Below are positions 60,198 through 64,000 of a stretch of 64,000 nucleotides of DNA, in pieces. A program made the translations under genes and the position numbers. Position 1 is the stretch's first letter; each line of letters begins with the position of its first letter. The DNA is from Gemmatimonadota bacterium (GTDB lineage: Bacteria > Gemmatimonadota > Gemmatimonadetes > Gemmatimonadales > GWC2-71-9): the NCBI GenBank assembly GCA_031400975.1, contig JANNQX010000269.1, positions 10,687 to 74,686 of the forward strand, in the 5' to 3' direction. The notes below the pieces were generated by a model. The model was not told the DNA's origin. It ran no database searches and was given only the letters and a program-made list of their open reading frames with translations.

Positions 60198-60920
60198 TCA
60201 ACGAGGGGCCCGGCCGGTCCGGACGATCCGAGCCATCTCGGAGACCGCCCCGTACATGCCGATGATTACCGCTCGACTGACAACGCTGTGGCCGATGTTG
60301 AGTTCTTCGATTTCGGGGATCGCGGCGACGGCGGCGGTATTGTCGTACGTCAGGCCGTGGCCGGCGTGGACCGCCAGCCCGATCGCCGCGGCATGGCGGG
60401 CCGCCGTGCGGATGTCGTCGAGTGCGGCCGGGCTGGTGGAATGGGTGTGGGCATACCGGCCGGTGTGGATCTCGATGGCGGGGGCACCAAGCCCCTTGGC
60501 ACGGTCAATGGTGGCCCGATCGGGATCGATGAACAGACTGACCCGAGAGCCGGCCTCCGTCAGCTGATCGATGACCTCGCGAAGCCGGCCGGTGTCGCGG
60601 CTTAAGTCGAGGCCCCCTTCGGTGGTGACCTCCTGGCGACGTTCGGGGACCAACGTGACTTGAAACGGCCGCAACTTCACGGCCAAAGCGACGACATCCG
60701 GGGCCAAGGCCAGTTCGAAGTTGAGGACGGTGGTCACCGCCGTCGCGAGCTGCTCGATGTCGCGATCGTGAATGTGGCGGCGGTCCTCCCGGAGGTGGGC
60801 GGTGATCCCGTGGGCACCGGCGGTTTCGGCAACCCGGGCCGCTTCGACCGGATCGGGTTCGGTCGTCTTTCGCGCCTCTCGAAGGGTGGCGACGTGGTCG
60901 ATGTTGATATACAAGCGCAT
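60198..60920 (-). CDS. pdxJ: pyridoxine 5'-phosphate synthase
   Basis: LYINIDHVATLREARK...ITAHLREDRRHI...LNFELA...VTLVPE...EVTTEGGLD...IEIHTG.YA...VHAGHGL.Y. Confidence 0.95.
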   Translation of the reverse strand: MRLYINIDHVATLREARKTTEPDPVEAARVAETAGAHGITAHLREDRRHIHDRDIEQLATAVTTVLNFELALAPDVVALAVKLRPFQVTLVPERRQEVTTEGGLDLSRDTGRLREVIDQLTEAGSRVSLFIDPDRATIDRAKGLGAPAIEIHTGRYAHTHSTSPAALDDIRTAARHAAAIGLAVHAGHGLTYDNTAAVAAIPEIEELNIGHSVVSRAVIIGMYGAVSEMARIVRTGRAPR

Positions 60921-60973
60921 TGCTCAGGACCTCCCGGTCGATTTACTTTCGGCCTAATGAAGGATCGGGGGAC

Positions 60974-61441
60974 ATGGTGCGAACAGGGACGGTAGCGGTA
61001 GCAGCCTTGGCAGCGGCGATTTGGGCCGGTTGTTCGAGCCAAGTGCAGACGGTAGCGGTCGCGTCGGTGGCGGCACCGTCGGCGGTGGCCTCAGCCTTTC
61101 TCCAGGCGGTCGCCGACAGCAGCTTTACCCAGATGGGGGATCTTTGGGGCACCTCGGATGGGTCTGCGGTGGCGAGCGGCAAGCCGGCGAACTGGCTCCA
61201 ACGGGTGGCGGTCATGCACGCGTACCTCAAAGGGGGCCAGACCAAGGTCGTCGGCGAAAGCCCCGGTGCCGCTAAGGGGCCGCGCCGGGTCCTGCTGATT
61301 GAGCTGACCCGCGATGGGTGCGTCAAGACGGTGCCTTTTACGATGATCAGGACCAAGAATGGGTCCTGGTTGGTGAACGCCGTGGATCTTAATGCCGCCG
61401 GAGTTCCCGGTCGCTCGTGTGAGGGCGCCAAGGGAACTTGA
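60974..61441 (+). CDS. hypothetical lipoprotein
   Basis: Trimmed to ATG 60974. Lipobox AAAIWAGC. 155 aa. No family recognised. Confidence 0.55.
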   Translation: MVRTGTVAVAALAAAIWAGCSSQVQTVAVASVAAPSAVASAFLQAVADSSFTQMGDLWGTSDGSAVASGKPANWLQRVAVMHAYLKGGQTKVVGESPGAAKGPRRVLLIELTRDGCVKTVPFTMIRTKNGSWLVNAVDLNAAGVPGRSCEGAKGT

Positions 61442-61456
61442 GCGAGGCCGGCGGAC

Positions 61457-61855
61457 TTATTCCGTCAGCTCGATCAGGAGGCCGGCGGTGGTTTTGGGGT
61501 GGATGAAAGCGATCCGTTTGCCCCCAACCCCGATCCGGGGTTGTTCGTCGATCAGGCGATATCCGGACGCCCGACAGCGGGCCAGTGCCTCGTCGAGGTC
61601 GGCAACTCGGTAGCACACGTGGTGAAAGCCCGGCCCCCGTTTGGCGAGGAACTTGCCAACCGGGCTGTCGGGTCCGACCGGCTGGAGGAGTTCGACCTGG
61701 GCGTCTCCGAAGGGCAGGGAAACGATGGTTGCCCCGTCTCGCTGCTCCGGCTGGTGAAGCGGTTCGAGGCCGAGAACGTCGCGATAGAACGCCAGGCTCT
61801 GGTCAATGTTCTCCACGGCGACACCGAGGTGGGCGATCTGAGCTTTTGAGAACAC
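61457..61855 (-). CDS. mce: methylmalonyl-CoA epimerase (VOC family)
   Basis: Trimmed to GTG 61855. IAHLGVAVENIDQSLAFYRDVLGL...VELLQP...SPVGKFLAKRGPGFHHVCYRVADLDEA...GGKRIAFIHPK...GLLIEL. Confidence 0.85.
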   Translation of the reverse strand: MFSKAQIAHLGVAVENIDQSLAFYRDVLGLEPLHQPEQRDGATIVSLPFGDAQVELLQPVGPDSPVGKFLAKRGPGFHHVCYRVADLDEALARCRASGYRLIDEQPRIGVGGKRIAFIHPKTTAGLLIELTE

Positions 61856-61932
61856 GGTGCCTCCGCGCAGTGGCGCCTTCGGTACAAGAGAACGATGCGT
61901 AAAACTAACATGGTTTACTAAAGGGGCCGTCG

Positions 61933-62262
61933 ATGAGTGAAGCAATTATCCATGTCACCGACGAGACCTTCGCGGCCAGCGTAGAGCAGGCCAAGGGGCT
62001 CGTATTGGTAGATTTCTGGGCGGAATGGTGCGGTCCCTGCCGGGCGATCGCCCCGATCCTGGAAGACCTCGCCAAGGCGAACGCGGGCAAAGTCCAAATC
62101 GCGAAGCTCGATGTCGACGCCAATCAACGGACTGGGATGCGATTCAACGTCCGGTCGATTCCGACCCTGCTGTTCTTTCGGGACGGGAAGCATGTCGACA
62201 CGGTGATCGGATTGGTTCAGAAGCCGGCGCTCCAGGAACGGATCAACAAGCACGCCGCGTAA
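61933..62262 (+). CDS. trxA: thioredoxin
   Basis: VLVDFWAEWCGPCRAIAPILE...NVRSIPTLLFFRDGK. Confidence 0.96.
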   Translation: MSEAIIHVTDETFAASVEQAKGLVLVDFWAEWCGPCRAIAPILEDLAKANAGKVQIAKLDVDANQRTGMRFNVRSIPTLLFFRDGKHVDTVIGLVQKPALQERINKHAA

Positions 62263-62286
62263 GGCGCCCAGATCGGAACCCGCCGA

Positions 62287-62332
62287 GCCGAACCGCCGTC
62301 CAAGCGGATTTGGCGGTTCGGCGTTTTCTTTC
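62287..62332 (+). terminator. intrinsic (rho-independent) terminator after trxA
   Basis: Perfect 11-bp stem GCCGAACCGCC (62287-62297) / GGCGGTTCGGC (62312-62322), a 14-nt loop, then the T-rich tract GTTTTCTTTC (62323-62332). Confidence 0.7.
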
Positions 62333-62337
62333 CCGCT

Positions 62338-63177
62338 ATGGCCGGCATCCTTTTCGTCCTCGCGACTCCGATCGGGAACCTGGGAGACTTGTCCCCCCGG
62401 ACGGCCGAGGCGCTCCGGTCGGCCTCGGTGATTGCCGCGGAGGACACCCGGGAGACCCGAAAACTCCGGGATCATGCCGGCTCCAAAGCCCGGTTAATCA
62501 GTTGGCACGCCCATTCGGACCCGCAGCGGGTCGCAGAGATCCTCGCGCTCCTGGCTGGGGGAGCGGACGTGGCCCTCGCCACCGACGCCGGGACCCCGGG
62601 AGTCAGCGACCCAGGGCCGGTGCTGGTGGAGGCGGTGCTGGCGGCCGGGTTCTCAGTCGTTCCGATTCCCGGGGCTTCGGCGGTGGCCACAGCCCTGATG
62701 GCGTCCGGGATGCCGGCCGACCGGTATCTCTTTCTGGGGTTTCCGCCCCGAAAGGGGACCGAGCGGGACGAATGGCTGACCCGGATCCAAGCCGCGGAGT
62801 TTTCCGTAGTGTGTTTTGAGGCTCCGGGGCGATTGGGTGACCTATTGGCCGATCTCGTGGCGACCTGCGGGGCGGCCCGTCAGGCGTTCGTCGGCCGGGA
62901 AATGACCAAGAAATTCGAGGAGTACCGGCGGGGATCTTTGGGTGAGCTGCAGGCCCGATTCGACGGGGTTGAGGTCCGCGGGGAGGTCACCGTCGTCGTA
63001 GCCGGGACGCCTCGGTCTCCGCCGGTGGTTGACGCCGGCCCGGCCCGGGCGATTGCTCGGTCGCTGGTTCAGTCCGGGATTGAGCGGAGCCGGGTGGCCA
63101 AGGCGGTGGCTGACGCCTTCGGCCTGTCTCGGAACGAGAGTTATCGGGTCGCGATGGAAGAACGAGGCGCCGAGTGA
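62338..63177 (+). CDS. rsmI: 16S rRNA (cytidine1402-2'-O)-methyltransferase
   Basis: LFVLATPIGNLGDLSPRTAEALRSASVIAAEDTR...TDAGTPGVSDPG...PGASA...FLGFPPRK. Confidence 0.93.
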   Translation: MAGILFVLATPIGNLGDLSPRTAEALRSASVIAAEDTRETRKLRDHAGSKARLISWHAHSDPQRVAEILALLAGGADVALATDAGTPGVSDPGPVLVEAVLAAGFSVVPIPGASAVATALMASGMPADRYLFLGFPPRKGTERDEWLTRIQAAEFSVVCFEAPGRLGDLLADLVATCGAARQAFVGREMTKKFEEYRRGSLGELQARFDGVEVRGEVTVVVAGTPRSPPVVDAGPARAIARSLVQSGIERSRVAKAVADAFGLSRNESYRVAMEERGAE

Positions 63178-63833
63178 AACGGTTGATGGCGGTGGCATGG
63201 CTGGCGGCGACCCCTGGGGTCGCCTTGGCGCAGGAGACTATGACGATTGGCCGCCTCCACTACGACGGGGGCGGCGACTGGTACGCCAATCCCTCGAGTC
63301 TGCCGAACCTGCTCAAAGCGCTGGGGGAACGAACTCCGTTCCGGATGGCGGACCGGGAGAAGGTCGTCCAATTGCTGGATGATGACCTGTGGCAGGTGCC
63401 GTACCTCTATATGACCGGCCACGGCAACGTGAAGTGGAGCGATCGCGAGCTCGGAGTGCTTCGACGGTACTTGGAGCAGGGCGGGTTCCTTCATGTCGAC
63501 GACAATTTCGGGATGGACGAGTCGATTCGGCGGGAAATCGGCCGGCTGTTTCCGGATCGGGCGTTGGTCGAAGTCCCCTGGGATCATCCCGTCTACCGAA
63601 ACGTCTACGATTTTCCGAAGGGGTTGCCGAAGATTCACGAACATGACGGCAAACCCGCCCAGGGGTTTGGGATCTTTGTCGATGGCAGGCTGGTCCTCTA
63701 CTACAGCTACCAGAGTGACCTTGGCGACGGGTGGGAAGATCCAGACGTCCACAAAGATCCACCCGAGAAGCGTGAGGCGGCCCTCCGGATGGGTGTCAAC
63801 TTGTTCACCCACGCGGTCGGGGGAAGGGAATGA
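63174..63833 (+). CDS. DUF4159 domain-containing secreted protein
   Basis: GTGA overlap with the rsmI stop. Signal peptide, then IGRLHYDGGGDWYANPSSLPNLL...VPYLYMTGHGNVKWSDRELGVLRRYLEQGGFLHVDDNFGMD. Confidence 0.75.
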   Translation: MKRLMAVAWLAATPGVALAQETMTIGRLHYDGGGDWYANPSSLPNLLKALGERTPFRMADREKVVQLLDDDLWQVPYLYMTGHGNVKWSDRELGVLRRYLEQGGFLHVDDNFGMDESIRREIGRLFPDRALVEVPWDHPVYRNVYDFPKGLPKIHEHDGKPAQGFGIFVDGRLVLYYSYQSDLGDGWEDPDVHKDPPEKREAALRMGVNLFTHAVGGRE

Positions 63834-64000
63834 CGGTGCGCCGAACCCCATTGGCGTTGGCCCAACTGGTCAGCCCGCTTCGGCGGGTGGGCCTGTTGTT
63901 GGTCGGCGTCAGCGGCCTGGCTTTGGTGCTGTTGGCGCTGGCCGTCCCGGCTTGGCTCGCTCGCCTTCACGTGGTGCGGTCGCCGCTGTGGGTGGTGGTC
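63830..64000 (+). CDS. hypothetical membrane protein, N-terminal fragment (continues beyond window)
   Basis: ATG 63830 overlaps the DUF4159 stop (ATGA). MTVRRTPLALAQLVSPLRRVGLLLVGVSGLALVLLALAVPAWL contains a TM helix. The frame stays open to the window end. Confidence 0.45.
   Translation, partial: MTVRRTPLALAQLVSPLRRVGLLLVGVSGLALVLLALAVPAWLARLHVVRSPLWVVV

Overview
This is a GC-rich, very densely coded bacterial chromosomal segment with about 77 CDS and one tRNA. Many neighbouring genes share 1-, 4- or 8-nt start/stop overlaps. The content is mostly core housekeeping: ribosomal proteins L31, L9, S18, S6 and L25/Ctc, prfA-prmC, tmk, smc, DAHP synthase, lolA, rsfS, ychF, membrane pyrophosphatase, pth, prs, tRNA-Gln(UUG), ispE, pdxJ, trxA, rsmI, pxpABC, comM/yifB and arfB. 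Diderm markers (LolA, TonB, an Omp85-type barrel, SPOR) sit alongside Firmicute-type genes (YlbF/YmcA, DUF2232-rplI, SpoIID, DegV/FakA). DUF4097, DUF4105 and DUF4159 families are also present. This mix suggests a Gemmatimonadota/FCB-like lineage, but that is inference only and cannot be verified here. I see no transposase, integrase, phage gene, CRISPR array or recognisable defence system. I cannot point to one unambiguous novel system. The items most worth a second look are:

- (a) A CCGAGNN heptanucleotide tandem repeat occurs at two loci in opposite orientation. One copy lies inside a CDS, where unit slippage would shift the frame.
- (b) A 1090-aa protein fuses an HExxH metalloprotease-like domain, PD40 propeller repeats and a POTRA-less Omp85-type barrel. 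It lies directly upstream of a SPOR lipoprotein and smc.
- (c) An S41/Ctp-like PDZ protein appears to have lost both catalytic residues.
- (d) Five genes, larE-like, thpR, a membrane protein, a sigma-54 activator and a second membrane protein, are chained by 4-nt overlaps.
- (e) An SPFH, Arc-like RHH and exported plug-like protein operon sits behind a near-consensus promoter overlaid by three ATATCAC repeats.
- (f) A DhaL/FakA-like N-terminus is fused to a full DegV domain.
- (g) A Crp-family regulator is paired with an MBL hydrolase, with a near-consensus TGTGA-N6-TCAC box in the divergent intergenic region.

All family calls come from reading motifs by eye. No database search was run.
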